Source: Callorhinchus milii (taxonomy: Eukaryota). From it: DNA of 64,000 bases. The notes under the pieces are model-generated. The model saw only the letters and a program-made list of their open reading frames with translations, made no database searches and was not told the origin of the DNA. The stretch covers positions 8,618,001 to 8,682,000 of the forward strand of contig NW_024704759.1 of NCBI RefSeq assembly GCF_018977255.1, given 5' to 3'. Shown in pieces: positions 26,081-38,558 of the stretch (the stretch's first letter is position 1; each line of letters starts with the position of its first letter). The position numbers and the translations under genes are program-made.

Positions 26081-27136
26081 TTATTCTCCATCTGATCTAC
26101 CTGTCCTGGATGCTGACATTGGACGTCTGAAATGGAAAGATATTAGATTTTCAACCACTGACACAAGCACATTTTCCAAGAAATAGCCTTAAAAAAACTG
26201 TTCTTGCTTGCTGACTATATTTTGATTTTTTGATTTTAACATTCAGGTTACTGTGAAGCTATATTTAAGAATACATAGCATGTCAGGTATATTGATTAAT
26301 TAAGAATCCCAAATCTTCAAAGCCTCCTAGTCAAGCCTTTGGGACAGAGACCTCTCAGTGGCAGAGTGGTCCATTCCTGGAGGAGAGAGGAAACTCACCA
26401 GAGAGATGTGCCCGCTATATAGAGTGCTTCTTGTAGAATACTAAATTGTATTAACAGCAGCTATGGAGAAGTCTGTACATCAATCTACCAAAGTCTCTTG
26501 ACTAAAAAAAAAACAGCATTGTGGCAAGAGAGCTGTAAATTAGTTTGTTTCAGGGGAAGAGTAGCTATGGAAATTTTACTGAGTCTAATTTGCAATATTT
26601 CTTAACAGGATTCCGTAAAAAGGAATTTCATTAGAATGCGGGTCAACTTTTTTGAGGAAGAATGTAGAGCACTTCACAGAATATACTGTGAAGTGGAGTG
26701 ACTGTGTGTTTTGTGAGCAAATGCAGCAGCCAATTTATCCATAGCAATATCCCACTAAAAAGTAAGCAAAGATATTAAGAGGTATGGAGAAAAGACAGAA
26801 AATGGAATTAAAGATCTGCCATGATCTACTAAACTAGCATAACTTTCTATATTCCTATTCTTTATTAAGTTAATCAAATTGGACACAAAGTTGCACTTAG
26901 AGCTTCATTTCCCTGCTGTTCCGAAACTGGGCTGGAAGCTGTGCTGGATCCTTGTTTCCTTATTTCTTTTCAATTGGACAGAAGAGAGCAGCCCAAGGGT
27001 TTATACTGACAATGGATATATCTTGAAAAAAATAACTAGACATTCGCTCAAAATACATGAATTATTATTCCTTTTCAGAAGATTTCAGGATTCACCTCTT
27101 CTTGCTTTCACAGCCTATTCCTTCCTGTGACCTACT

Positions 27137-27317
27137 AACAACAACAACAACATTCCATTTATAGAGCGCCTTTCACGTCGGGAGGACGTCCCAAGGCGCT
27201 GTACAGTTGGGTTAGGACCCGAGCAGGGGGGGAAATGGTCAGGGTGAGGGGAGGGAAGGGAGGGAGCGAGGAGGGGGTAGAGAGTCGAGAGGGGAGCTGA
27301 AGGCACAGTCGAAGAGA
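27137..27317 (-). mobile_element. L2 3' end
   Basis: (aac)n, atttatagagcgcctttcacgtcgggaggacgtcccaaggcgct, G-rich 3'UTR, gaaggcacagtcgaagag. Confidence 0.92.
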
Positions 27318-27672
27318 ATGCCATATCAACCGGTCCGTTCCCTCCGCTCAGCAGGCTCCGGCCTGCTCCACATCCCTGCCAGGATACTCCACCTCCGCAG
27401 TCGGGACTTTAGCCTCTCTGCCTCTCTGCCACCACCCTTTGAAACTCCGTCCCAAATCCCTTCACCTTGCTCCGCCCTTGCTTCCTTCAACACATCTCCA
27501 GACCTTCCTCTTTGACTGTGCCTTCGGCCACCCTTCTACCCCTACCCTCCCTACCCTCCATGCCTCCTGATCCCAACCCCACGCTTGAGTCCAAATCCCT
27601 GACTGTTTAGTGCCTTTGACATCTTCCCGATATGCAAGGTGCTATACAAATGTAATATGTTGTCGTTGTTGT
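27318..27672 (+). mobile_element. L2 3' end
   Basis: PYQPVRSLRSAGSGLLHIP; ends aaggtgctatacaaatgtaatatgttgtcgttgttgtt. Confidence 0.92.
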
Positions 27673-29410
27673 TTCAATAATCATCACTGACCAAGAATGA
27701 TAATTTCTTATTACATATTTATGATAACATCATTTCCTATTTTGGCTATAGGAAATTCAATGATTATAATTATTATTATTAAGTAAGAAGGATCTCCATC
27801 ATGCAACACATCAGTTTGACTCACTCACAAATACTTTCCTTTTATCATGTCCCTGTTCCAGTCATGAACTAGATGGATCTTGGACATTTTTTTCCCCATT
27901 CCATCCTGTCTACGTAGGCCTACAAATGTACATAACACTGTTCATTCCACTCTGGAGTCACCATTTTAATAATTTCCCTGTAGACACATCAAAATGTTTT
28001 ATCTCTCTAGTTTATGGATTCTGGGCATACACATATAAACAATGTCTCTTAATGGATTTCCTTCTGCATAATGTGCAAACTGTACAGGGGCCTAATATTA
28101 AACAGCATGATGTCTTGTATTTTGCTACTTTTGGACAACAAAAAACAATCATGGAAAGCAATGGACTGAAGTGACACCTTCAAGTGATAACCAACAGGAG
28201 CTTAAAACCCTATTGAACTCCAATCTATTTTCCACAAGATTTCAACTCACAAATCTAAATTGATTTGCACACACGATGGTTTATAGACATGGCTTCATCC
28301 TCATTTAAAAGGACTGCGACACCTATTACGAAGCAATAGCCCCAATATCATACTTTTTCCTTAAGTTTAAATGTGTTTCAGAAGTGATAGGAATGCACAA
28401 AGCGGGACAAATTGCTTGATAGAATACCGCCCTTTGTGCCACAGCTGAATTTTGTTCATTTGAATTGTGTTCAAAGATTATAATGATAACTATTTCATAG
28501 ATTCGGGTGCTGTATGATACCATAGCAAGACTCAAGTTGACTATGGCTTCTCTCTTCTCAATCAACACTGCACAAGAAGTACTAGAAAAAGTACTTGCAT
28601 TTCTCAAGTCCCAAAGTTGGCCTTCAACCCACAGCCTTCTGCTGTAGAGATAAGAGTGCTACCAACTGAGACAACCTAATGAAACTCCAGACACAGATTA
28701 GTGCATGTTTTCTCAGTACTAGGCCATCCAGTTGACAGAAACCTCACAAAATCTTATCCCAGATAACATCCCATTAGCAAGGCACATTGTGTCAGACCAC
28801 AGAGATTATAAAGTCTCATCATGTAGCTCGAGACTTCTTCGGCTCTCACCAATCATCCCATTAATCTTCCCATCCTCTGAATTGATGATCATGAATTGTT
28901 CCAAAGTTCAGTCACATTATCCAGCTCTTGAGTATGTCACCTGGTCTGCATTCAGCTGCTTACTTTCTGATGATGAGCTACAACACAGGCTGAGATGTCT
29001 GACACACTCACACACCTCCTAGCAACTGCCATGGATTCTGTATAACCTGCAAGGCCATACAATGAGGTTCACACAGGGAACAAAACTACTCATCATCAAC
29101 TGAAAATACATTAAAGTAAAGAATACATTTGACAATAGGTATTATCTTCTTCAGATCCTTAGTAACGAATGCCATTCATTGAAGGCAATTAAGTCCACAG
29201 CCATTTTCTAAAGTACAAAGTGAAATGTTTAGCGTGTTATTTTCTTTGTTTTGAAGCATTGGTGCCTTATCAAGTTACAAAGATGTGGCAGTGAGATTCC
29301 TCACACGGTTCAGTTGATTAAGCACCCCTCCATGCTGCGCAGGGTTCTGTTGGTTGCATCATTCATTGTTGAAGCAGTTATTAACAAAGGACAACGTCTT
29401 CAATACTTAC

Positions 29411-29586
29411 AGCTTCTCTGTGGAGAATAGGTAAGCCCAAATACATTCGATTTGCCTTTGAATTAAACTGCACATTTCGGGCTTTTCATTCAAGTTTTGT
29501 ATCATAGTGAGCAGTTTGGAAGCATTCTCCACATTGCTCTGAACATGGGTCTCAGAGAGTCTGAGTCCAGAGCTAGACTTGCCCAA
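29411..29586 (-). CDS. Weak candidate orphan internal exon (176 nt, open in phase 0)
   Basis: Minus strand: ttttgcAG|LGKSSSGLRLSETHVQSNVENASKLLTMIQNLNEKPEMCSLIQRQIECIWAYLFSTEK|GTaagt. Peptide not recognised; no partner exons found. Confidence 0.2.
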
Positions 29587-29769
29587 CTGCAAAATACATT
29601 TTGCTGGTAGGAGCAGAGGCAGCTTTGAGGATTGAGCTCTGAGGAACAGTTGGATAAAGCAGGGCTTGTCTCAGAGAAGACCTTATAGAGATATATGGTT
29701 TTATGTTTTGGTTAGCTGGATGTCTGAGATATGCAGAAACCCATCATTGAAATTAACTGCTATTGCGAT

Positions 29770-30178
29770 GCTGCTGTGCACAATTGGAGGCCACGTTTTA
29801 CCACAAATATACAGTCAATTCACTTTACAGTATATTGTGTGAAGCGCTTTGAGACGTCTAGAAGTCGCGAAAAGCACTATATCAAACCAAGGATTATTAT
29901 TATTATTAAGGTCCTGTCTGCCTGTTCAAATGGACATTAAAGATCCCATGGCACTATTCAAACAGAGAAGGGAGTTTCTTCCAATGTCTTGGCCCACGAT
30001 CCCCTCAAATAAGATCTTCATTCACTCTATGGCTGTTTGTGGGACTTTGCTGTGTGCAGATTGGCTGCCGTATTCACCCACAAAATACACAGTCAAATCA
30101 CTTTAAAGCACAAGTGTGTTGAGAAGTCTTGACGTGACAAGGTGCCATATCAAATGCAAGGATTATTTTATATTATTA
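29770..30178 (+). mobile_element. SINE tail (to 29908) with a 5'-truncated Deu-SINE directly after its (ATT)n
   Basis: attattattattattaaggtcctgtctgcctgttcaaatggacattaaagatcccatggcactatt. Confidence 0.88.
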
Positions 30179-30514
30179 TAAAATGGAAAGTGCTGTTTAG
30201 TCACCAGAACAGTCCAGTTGGTAGAATTCCATGTAATAAAAACTAGGCTTGTTTGAACAGCATAGGATAGAATACTCAGTTTATTTCATTCGTGAATAAA
30301 TCTCAATTGCATGGGAGATAGGTCTTCCTCACTCCTGGAATAAACCACTCCATTGCTCAATCTCTTTAATCCTTATCCAACAAGGAATTCTCTGAAAACA
30401 ACACACTTTGTAATACTGGATTTGGGAAACTCACTCAGAAATCAACCTGCAAAGGTGGTATTTTATAAAGGTTGCATTATTACTAAGGGACGGAGGGAAT
30501 GAGCGATAAACATG

Positions 30515-31035
30515 CACATTAGGAAGTTTCTCCCAGTGTCCTGGCCATAATCCCCAAATTAAATTGGTCATTAACTTCATGGATTTTTGTGGGACACTGC
30601 TGTGCGCAAATTGGCTGCCACATTCATCTACAAAATAAACAGTCACTGCGCTTTGCAATAAAATCTTGTAAAGCTCTTTGAGATGTTTTCTATACATGAA
30701 AGGCACTATATTAAATGAAAGGGTTAATTCATTTTATGTTATAATTTGAAGCAATTTGTAACAGGAGTTCCGATAACACAGAACGATTAATTCTTTCACA
30801 GCGTCTTAGGATCAGGTGGGTAATGTTCGAATCAAATTGATAATAGTACAAGACAAATTGGGGAGCAGAAAGGCAACAACAATAAAAATAATAATAATTC
30901 TTGCATTTCGTATTGCACCTTATCATTTTACGAATGCATCTCAAAGTTTTTCCCAGGATTTTATTGTGAAATGCAGTGACTGTATTTGTAGACAAACCAG
31001 CAGCTGATTTGCAAACAGCAATGTCCTACAAATAA
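30515..31035. mobile_element. Two SINE tails in convergent orientation (+ 30515-30730; - 30880-31035)
   Basis: Both match the shared SINE tail consensus. Confidence 0.8.
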
Positions 31036-31388
31036 CCATCAGTGTGTACATGATGTGATAATCCTGTAAAATAGACTGATTTGCAAAAAGGGAATCTATT
31101 TACATCTAATGTGTAGTATAAACAGCATGTACAATGAGGAGTGATGGTGTTAATCTAAAGTTTGATTATTGAGCATGTTTCCCCATATTTACTCTAGTAA
31201 TTGCATAATTCTCTGCCATATGTTAGACTTGCCTATAATTTGTGGAGATTTGTAACTGGAGCTACTTATACGGACTCCAAATAGTAAATAAGGAATCCTG
31301 TTGGGACCTGGAAAGGGGCACTTATGTGCTCCCGGGTAGATCGTATGACCCACATCTAGTTAACAGCAATTTCTTGTTTGCAACTTGT

Positions 31389-31620
31389 GGGGAAGAAATT
31401 CCACCTGGATCTAGATTTATTCTATTTATGTAGCAATCCGGAGCATCTAAACATTGGCAAATTCTTAATATAGCCTTAATTTTGAAGCCAGCTTTCTGTA
31501 AGTTCTTTTAAGAACTTACAGAAAAGCGACCGCAAACGACAGACGTAATTCAACAATTTGACAAATTCTGGTTGCTCTGAAATGCGTCTGAAGTGGTGAC
31601 AACTTTATTTTCAATCCAAT
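31389..31620. mobile_element. Palindromic ~230-bp non-autonomous DNA element (MITE-like), intact copy
   Basis: Perfect 15-bp stem tttctgtaagttctt-tt-aagaacttacagaaa (31493-31524); outer arms match 20/28 about the same axis; homologous to 53205-53322 plus 54240-54350. Confidence 0.8.
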
Positions 31621-31892
31621 CTTTTGGCTGCTATTTTGTCATTGCTTTGTGTGACACATAGTAACTGTGAGAAAAACACATCCCTACTGTTATGCATTTT
31701 GAAAAGGCCAATAATAAAATAATCACTTCTGATATTCATAAATGCTGCAACTGATGTCTTGATCCACATCTCCCAGCTGTTACATATGTTAACCCTTTAG
31801 AGAATGAATGAGGAACATAAATATCATTGGACATATAATAAAAAATCCTATTAAAAGTGTAGCATATAAACAAAAATAGTGTTAGTGAACCT

Positions 31893-32480
31893 CAATAATA
31901 ATATTATAATAATAATCCTTGCATTTGGTAAAGCACCTTATCACGTAGTGGAGACTTCTCAAAGTGCTTCACAGGATATACTGTAAAGTGTATTTTGTAA
32001 CTGTATATTTTATGGCAGCCAGTTTGCGCACAGCAATGTCCCACAAACAGGCATGGAGTGAGTGACCAATTTTATTTGTGGGATTTTTGGCCAGGACAAC
32101 ATTGTAATGCTAATCCTTGCATTTAATATATTGTCTATAACGCCGAGCATATCACAAAGTTTTTCTAAAGTGTACGAGTGAGCAAACACACCAGCAAATT
32201 TATGCACAGCCATGAAGTGAAACCCAATCTTGTTTGGGGGATTGTTGGCCAAGATACTGGGAGAAAGTACCTTCTCTTTCAATTGGTGTGATGGAGCTTT
32301 TAACATCCTACTTCAACAGGCAAGTGGGACCTCGATTTAAGGTCTCATTTGAAGGACAATGTAGTGCTCACCAAACACCGCATTGAGGTGTCAGCCCGGA
32401 TTATGAACTCAAACTCCCAACGTAGGGTTTCACCCATTGCCCATTGCACCCAATGCCTTCTGACTGACAGACGAGCATGT
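31893..32480 (-). mobile_element. SINE tail (to ~32100) abutting a second Deu-SINE
   Basis: Two ccttgcattt tail starts (~31917, ~32115); Deu core ttggccaagatactgggagaa...gtgtcagccc. Confidence 0.85.
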
Positions 32481-33124
32481 GGATGTCAGACTGACTGACA
32501 TCCTGACTGACAGACTGACAATACCCAACTGTTGATTGAACTATCGATTCGTACAAATACAGTTAGTTCCTTCACGTCAGTAGATTCTGTCTCCAAATCT
32601 ACAGGACAAGGATGGTTCTGCACCATTTCTTTCGCCCACAACACCCTCCTTTGGGGACACATAGGGTAAGACTGTCATTACTAAGATGAATAAAGCCCCG
32701 CATATTAATTTCACTTTGGTCACTGACATCCATTAGAGAAAGGAGACTTTTATCCAAATGATCTGGGTTTGATTCAAGCTGAAGAGTCTGAGGTGTAAGG
32801 GCAGCATTCCAATTAGACCTTGCTTCCCAGTTCCCCAATGAATCTATCAAAGTGCATGACTGAAACAGAATTATTATGAAAATTCACAGGAAAGGACTGG
32901 AAAGCATATGATAAAAGTAATCAGAATTCTACTTAGTGTATCCTATGATGAATATCTTTGAGAAATTTCCATCTATCACCCTTCCTAGACATGCCACATC
33001 CATGAGACCAGAATGAACGAAATCAAAGCTCTCATAATTGATTTTTCTTCATACAAAAAACGTTTGCAAAAGTATGCATTCTGCTTAATCTAATGTGAGT
33101 TGATTGATGGATATATATCATATG

Positions 33125-33556
33125 ATAATCCTTGCATTTGATATAGCACTCATCACAAGATCCCACAAGCAGTTATGAAGTAAAATACAACAACAAGATT
33201 TCATTTCGGGAGGACACGTCGGGAGGACGTCCCAAGGTGCTGGACAGTTGGGTCGGGAAAGTTCCATCTATCATCGTAGGATAAAATAATTTTATCGGGG
33301 GGGATTATTGGCCGGGACACTGGGGAAACTTTCTTCTCTTTTTCGAATTGTGTCATGGGATCCTTAATGTTCACCTGAACAGGCAGAGAGGACCTCAGTT
33401 GAACATTTCACTTGAGACATGGCACCTCCAGCAGTACAGAGCTCCCCCCAGGACTGCACTGGAGTGTCAATAAGTTCAAAAGTCCTGATGTGGGCTTAAA
33501 CCCACAACCCTCTGAATCAGAGACAAGAGTGCTATCAACTGAGCCAGACTGACATC
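33125..33556 (-). mobile_element. Deu-SINE interrupted by a truncated L2 tail (~33182-33256)
   Basis: Head ctctgaatcagagacaagagtgctatcaactgagccagactgac and a Deu core; insert acaacaacaag...cgggaggacgtcccaaggtgct. Confidence 0.88.
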
Positions 33557-34659
33557 TAACAGCCTGAATCAGATGTATATGTGAGATGACAAGTAATTAC
33601 ATTCAATTCTTTGCTGTTACCTTGGGCAAACACAAAGAACATTATTTTTGTCCAACTCATCCAACCATGCAAGATCAGATCACATTGAAAGATAATGCAA
33701 TTGCCTTACATTTGTGGATGGTGAAGAGTTAAAGGATCCAATTAAATATTGTATCAGACAGCAGAAAGCCACCATAGCTTTAAGAACTGCAAACATTTAT
33801 CACACATATAATTACATTTCTTTCTGGGCTCACAGCCAGATATTCCTTGCCGTTTTGGTGGCTCTTTCTGATTTGTAATTCAGATTTCATACTATCAGCC
33901 CCTTGCGAAATAATATTAATACTGGGAGCCATCTGCCAAGGTGTTGAGCTTAAGAACAAGCTCAATTCAGCTTCACATGGCCAGTGAATAGCAGAGACGG
34001 AAATAATATTTCTTTATTAAAGAACATGAATAAAAAAAATACTGAAATAATAAATATACATTTTAGGTGAGAATGTTGCACAGAACGAAAGTGCTAATTA
34101 AAAATGGGACACATGACAGATCATTTTCAAGTTTCCAGATTGAGTACAGTTTCAAAGAACATATGTAGCTGCAACGAGGATCTTAAATGATGTGGGGTTC
34201 TTCCTTTCCACAAATCTTTTTCTTGTTTGTGTATGACCTAAGACAACTTCAAACAGTTTCAGGAGCATTATGGATGTTGAAGAGAAATGGAAGTAGCCAC
34301 ACTTAGTCAGATGAAGATGGACCTCTATAGGATCCAATAAATTGTTAGCCTGGTCCTGATTTGAGCTCAGTCCTGGGCCTCTTCAATGTAATCCATAATG
34401 TAACAAAAATAATAATTCTTACATTTGTTATCCAGTAGCGCTTTTCATGTCAGGAGGAGAGTGACTGCAAAGTGTAGTGACTGTAGTTTATAGGTGAATG
34501 TGGAAAATAATTTGCACACAACATCGTCCCATAAACAGCCATGAAGTGACTGTCCTGAACACCCAGTAACATCAGTCTTCCAAGTGGTACTTGGGTATAC
34601 CAAATGCAGGGATTATTATTATTATTATTATTATTATAAAACCTTTTGGAAGTCTAAGT

Positions 34660-34890
34660 ACACTACAAATGGATTTCCAAAGTGTCACCTCCTCAAAAAA
34701 GGTTTATGAGGTTTGTCAGACAAGATATAGCCCTTCTGGATCTGTGACTGGCTGTCATTTATCAGGTAATTTTTATACAGGTAATGTTCCACTTTGATTG
34801 ACTCCATCAGTTTTCTAATTGTTGAGGTCAGGCTATAGAGTCTGCAGTTGCCAGGTATGCTCCTTTCATCCTTCTTGCTTCCAGCCGGTA
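34660..34890 (-). mobile_element. CR1 reverse-transcriptase fragment
   Basis: PGNCRLYSLTSTIRKLMESI...YLYKNYLINDSQ followed by cataaaccttttttgaggaggtgac matches CR1 PGNYRPVSLTS...SQHGF...FFEEVT. Confidence 0.8.
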
Positions 34891-36084
34891 GGAACATCAG
34901 TAGTGGTGAATGACTCTTTGTTAAGAACATAAAAACAATCCTTGCATTTGATATAGCACCTTTCACATTAGGAAGAAGTCTCAAAGCGCTCACAGGATAT
35001 TACTGTATGTCACTGTTACAGAAATCTCCTGCTTTGTCTCTCTAAGTGCCCGAGGGTACAGTTCACCAATCCCGGGAGATTAGTTGAAGTTTCCTCCTGA
35101 GGCAGTCTTGTCTCTAGAGACGAGCTCATGGTGTAAAATGATTGACACCGCAACTGTATTAAGCTCAATCGAAAAGTGGTAATAAATTCTGCTCCAGCTT
35201 GTGTCAGTATTTTATTCTCCCACTTAAAGCATCGAGTGCAGGAATTCTGCCTGAGGCCACATGCATTTTACCTGCAGCCTGTTGTTTCCAGTGAAACATT
35301 CCCTATTGGAGACCTTCCAACCCTTCAACAATCTGGGGGAAAGTTCTGCATAAAAACTGATCGCCAAGGGAAGCAAAGCAAAATTAGGCCCCCAAAAATA
35401 AAACAATTTGAGCCCCTGAGCTCCAAATCCACTGACTCTGTTGATGGATAAGAGATCTGATCTCCACAAGATCAAATCAACAGGCAGAGGAAATGCATCC
35501 ACCTTACACATACACATGTTTCAGTTTACTGATAAGAACATTTTTAGGTTTAACCAGGAGTGAAGTATTCACCATGGACAATCTTCGGTCAATATAGATC
35601 CATTGTAGGCTCAGCTTCCCCGGTAACTTTCACATCATAGATAATGAGTTTAAATCATTGGCCCTTAATGCCCTGTTATGACCTTCATTGTTCAGTTTTG
35701 AATAATGTGCAAGACAACACAGTTCAACTGTGTTTCTGTCTATTCAACAGTGCCTTCCGGAGAATGAGAAAATCCAATTGCCTGAACTCTTTGATATTGA
35801 TCACATGGCTTCTGGGGTCAAACAGTTTTGTGCAATGATATTTTTGACACAAAAGCAGAGTTGTGCATTTTTCAAACAGCAGCGGCATAATAATGTTGCA
35901 ATGCTCATCACAACTTTGCTGGCAGATCGTTACACGCCTACAAAAGGCTTTCACAACTGACCCCATTTCAGAAATGTCTCAGTCTTCCAGATTCAGCTTG
36001 ATGTTGCTGCTCAGCAATGCGTTAGTTTGATGAGCATCGCATCACAACTTGGGTCAGGACTTAAAACATTAATTAAGATGCTCC

Positions 36085-36330
36085 CCTGATGACTCAGTGA
36101 GTTTGGCCAGTGAGTGGCTGAGTTATGCAGATCGGGAAATTTCCAGGTTCAATCGCCAGTCCATGCTGAGAAGGCTGGTCTCAGCCAAGGAAATGCTCAG
36201 GAGCTTAGCAACCCCAAGCATTCCAGGATAGGGAGGGGAAAATCAGCCAGCATCCACTTATACCAACAAGTCATCTTTGCTGGAAGTTAGTACAAGAATG
36301 GGAAGTGTACGTCATGATTTGTGCTGTCAC
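36085..36330 (+). mobile_element. Ancient tRNA-headed SINE (further family), 5' half
   Basis: A-box-like tgactcagtgag, B box caggttcaatcgcc, body tagggaggggaaaatcagccag; related to 61820 and 63010. Confidence 0.6.
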
Positions 36331-36749
36331 CAGAACCCACCATTCATTTCTGCCTTATATTTCAATCCATGCATTGAAGGCTTTATACCTGTGAATTTGG
36401 ATTCCCTTTATTTACTGCTCTTTGCCTAAAACAGATAGCAGATGGTACGGCAACATATTCAATTGTCTGAGATCATTGGGTGAGATGCTGCCTCTGTTTT
36501 GTGCAATAATTTCAGTTGATTGGATGTTGTACCACATCATTCTTACTGGCAGCTGGAGGTATTTCAAGTGCTGATCATTAACACCATGGCATCTGTGTAG
36601 AATGGTTTGTGTGATGGCACAAAAATCAGTTTTGTTTTCACAGCTTTAGGGAAATTAAACATCTATATTTTCTATTCACATTTTCTAAGCAAATTGCAAC
36701 AATGACACCCTGATATGTGTAAGATCAACTGAATGGAATAGAACAAAAA

Positions 36750-37092
36750 AATCTATGCATTTGATATAACACCTTATCACATCATCGGGATGAGTGAAGG
36801 CTCTTCACAAGATCATACACAGTTGAGTGACTGTGTATTTTGTAGATGAATGTGGCAGCCAATTTGCACACAGCATCATCCCGCAACCAGCTACGAAGAG
36901 AAATGTCCATCTGAATAGGCAGACGGCACCTCAGTTTAATGTCTCATCCAAAGGACAGCAACAATACAGCGAGCCCCCAGGACTGCACAGGGGTGTCAGC
37001 CTGGACTGTGAATTAAAAATTCTGAATCAGAGCTTGAACAAACAACGTTCTGACTCAGAAGCAAGAGTGCTATCAACTGAGTTAGGCTGACA
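36750..37092 (-). mobile_element. Deu-domain SINE
   Basis: ttctgactcagaagcaagagtgctatcaactgag head; cctcagtttaatgtctcatccaaaggacagca core; tail present. Confidence 0.88.
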
Positions 37093-37604
37093 GTAATGAC
37101 ACTGACACGTGAGTGTTTTCAATGGAGCATTTATCATCAGTCAATAAGCATTATATTGTATAATTAAAATTCCAGATTAGAATGACCAACCGAAGAGTAA
37201 TTGCACACAAAGGCAGCAAGGTATCTTTAAATGACTTAATTTCAGGCTATGATTTATCTGAGCAAAATTTCTTTTTGTTAACAAGTGCCATGTTTTCTCA
37301 CATAGTAATTGCCCATGGTCTGGTGGAAAGAAAGCCTGAAATATTAAATACAGGCAGTGTGACTGGAGCTATTCTCCTTCTGAAATCTCATTAGAAATGC
37401 CTTGACAAAGCAATCGGTATTCAAATCCGTACAGAGGTCAGCGATGCGATGAGGAGCAGCCAGTCAGTCTGCTTTGCCCATCGGATAAAGTGTTGCATGA
37501 CTCAGCCGACATCCTTGAAAATGATTACTTTAACACTTCAGTGAAGTGAAATCTGTGACATTTCATAGTGTGTTTAATATAATTATTGTGAGGAACACAT
37601 TGTG

Positions 37605-37800
37605 AGACAATACAAATTTACATTCATGTCGCACCTTTCATGTCAGGAGGATTTCCCAACGTGTTTGACAGCCCTGGCTTGGCACATGAGCTGAGGGTGA
37701 AAGCCAAATGGGGAGGTGAGGGAAAAGATGACCAAAGGCATGGTCAACAAGGAAGATCTTGAGATGGACCTTGAAAGACCTGAGGGATGTGGGTCAGTCA
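37605..37800 (-). mobile_element. L2 3' end
   Basis: acaatacaaatttacatt...gcacctttcatgtcaggagga...aaggcatggtcaacaaggaagatcttgagatggacc. Confidence 0.75.
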
Positions 37801-38558
37801 GGATGTTAACAAATGCCACTTTTTTTTCACAGTGCAGCGTGCAAATTGTCTGCCGTGTTCGTTTACAAAATACACAGTCACACAACAAACAAATTTCATT
37901 AAGTACAACAATTAACGCCATGTTTCACCCCAAAACTAGTCCCTCCGTCAATTCTTTGTTTCCTTGCTGATTCCAAACTTCTCGGAACGCCATCCTGGAT
38001 CTGCCAAGGTCCTGGTCCTATCCTCCGGGGATTCTGCAGGCTGATTTTGAGCCAGGGAGAAACATTATTGAATTCAGTAAATTTCCTCTTCTGATACAGC
38101 GGAATGTCACTATTCATGGGGATTTATAGCGTCTCATCACATCCTTCCGATGTGATGAAATGCTATATTAAATGTAAGGTTTATTAATTTTTTTACTAAG
38201 TTAAAGGAATTTAGCACAGGATTCACTTGTTGCACGTCACTCTAAAACTTTTGATGACAGATATTTTTCCATCAAGTTTGCTGACAGTGTTTTTTTTCCA
38301 GTTAAGGTGCTGTATCAGATCTTTCCAAAATCTGATATAATTTAAACATAACCTTATAATCCTTTAACATCAATGCCATTAACTGTGAATTACATTTGTC
38401 TGACAGATGGCTCAGTTTCAGTTAAAATTGTTCATTTAATATAACACAAGTCAATTTCCCTAAAGATGAGCCACAATAATCCATACCCAAAACATAAACA
38501 ATCACTTTCAAAGGTGGAATATGATTTAGACTTGTGTTCGGAAATTATGGATAGTACA

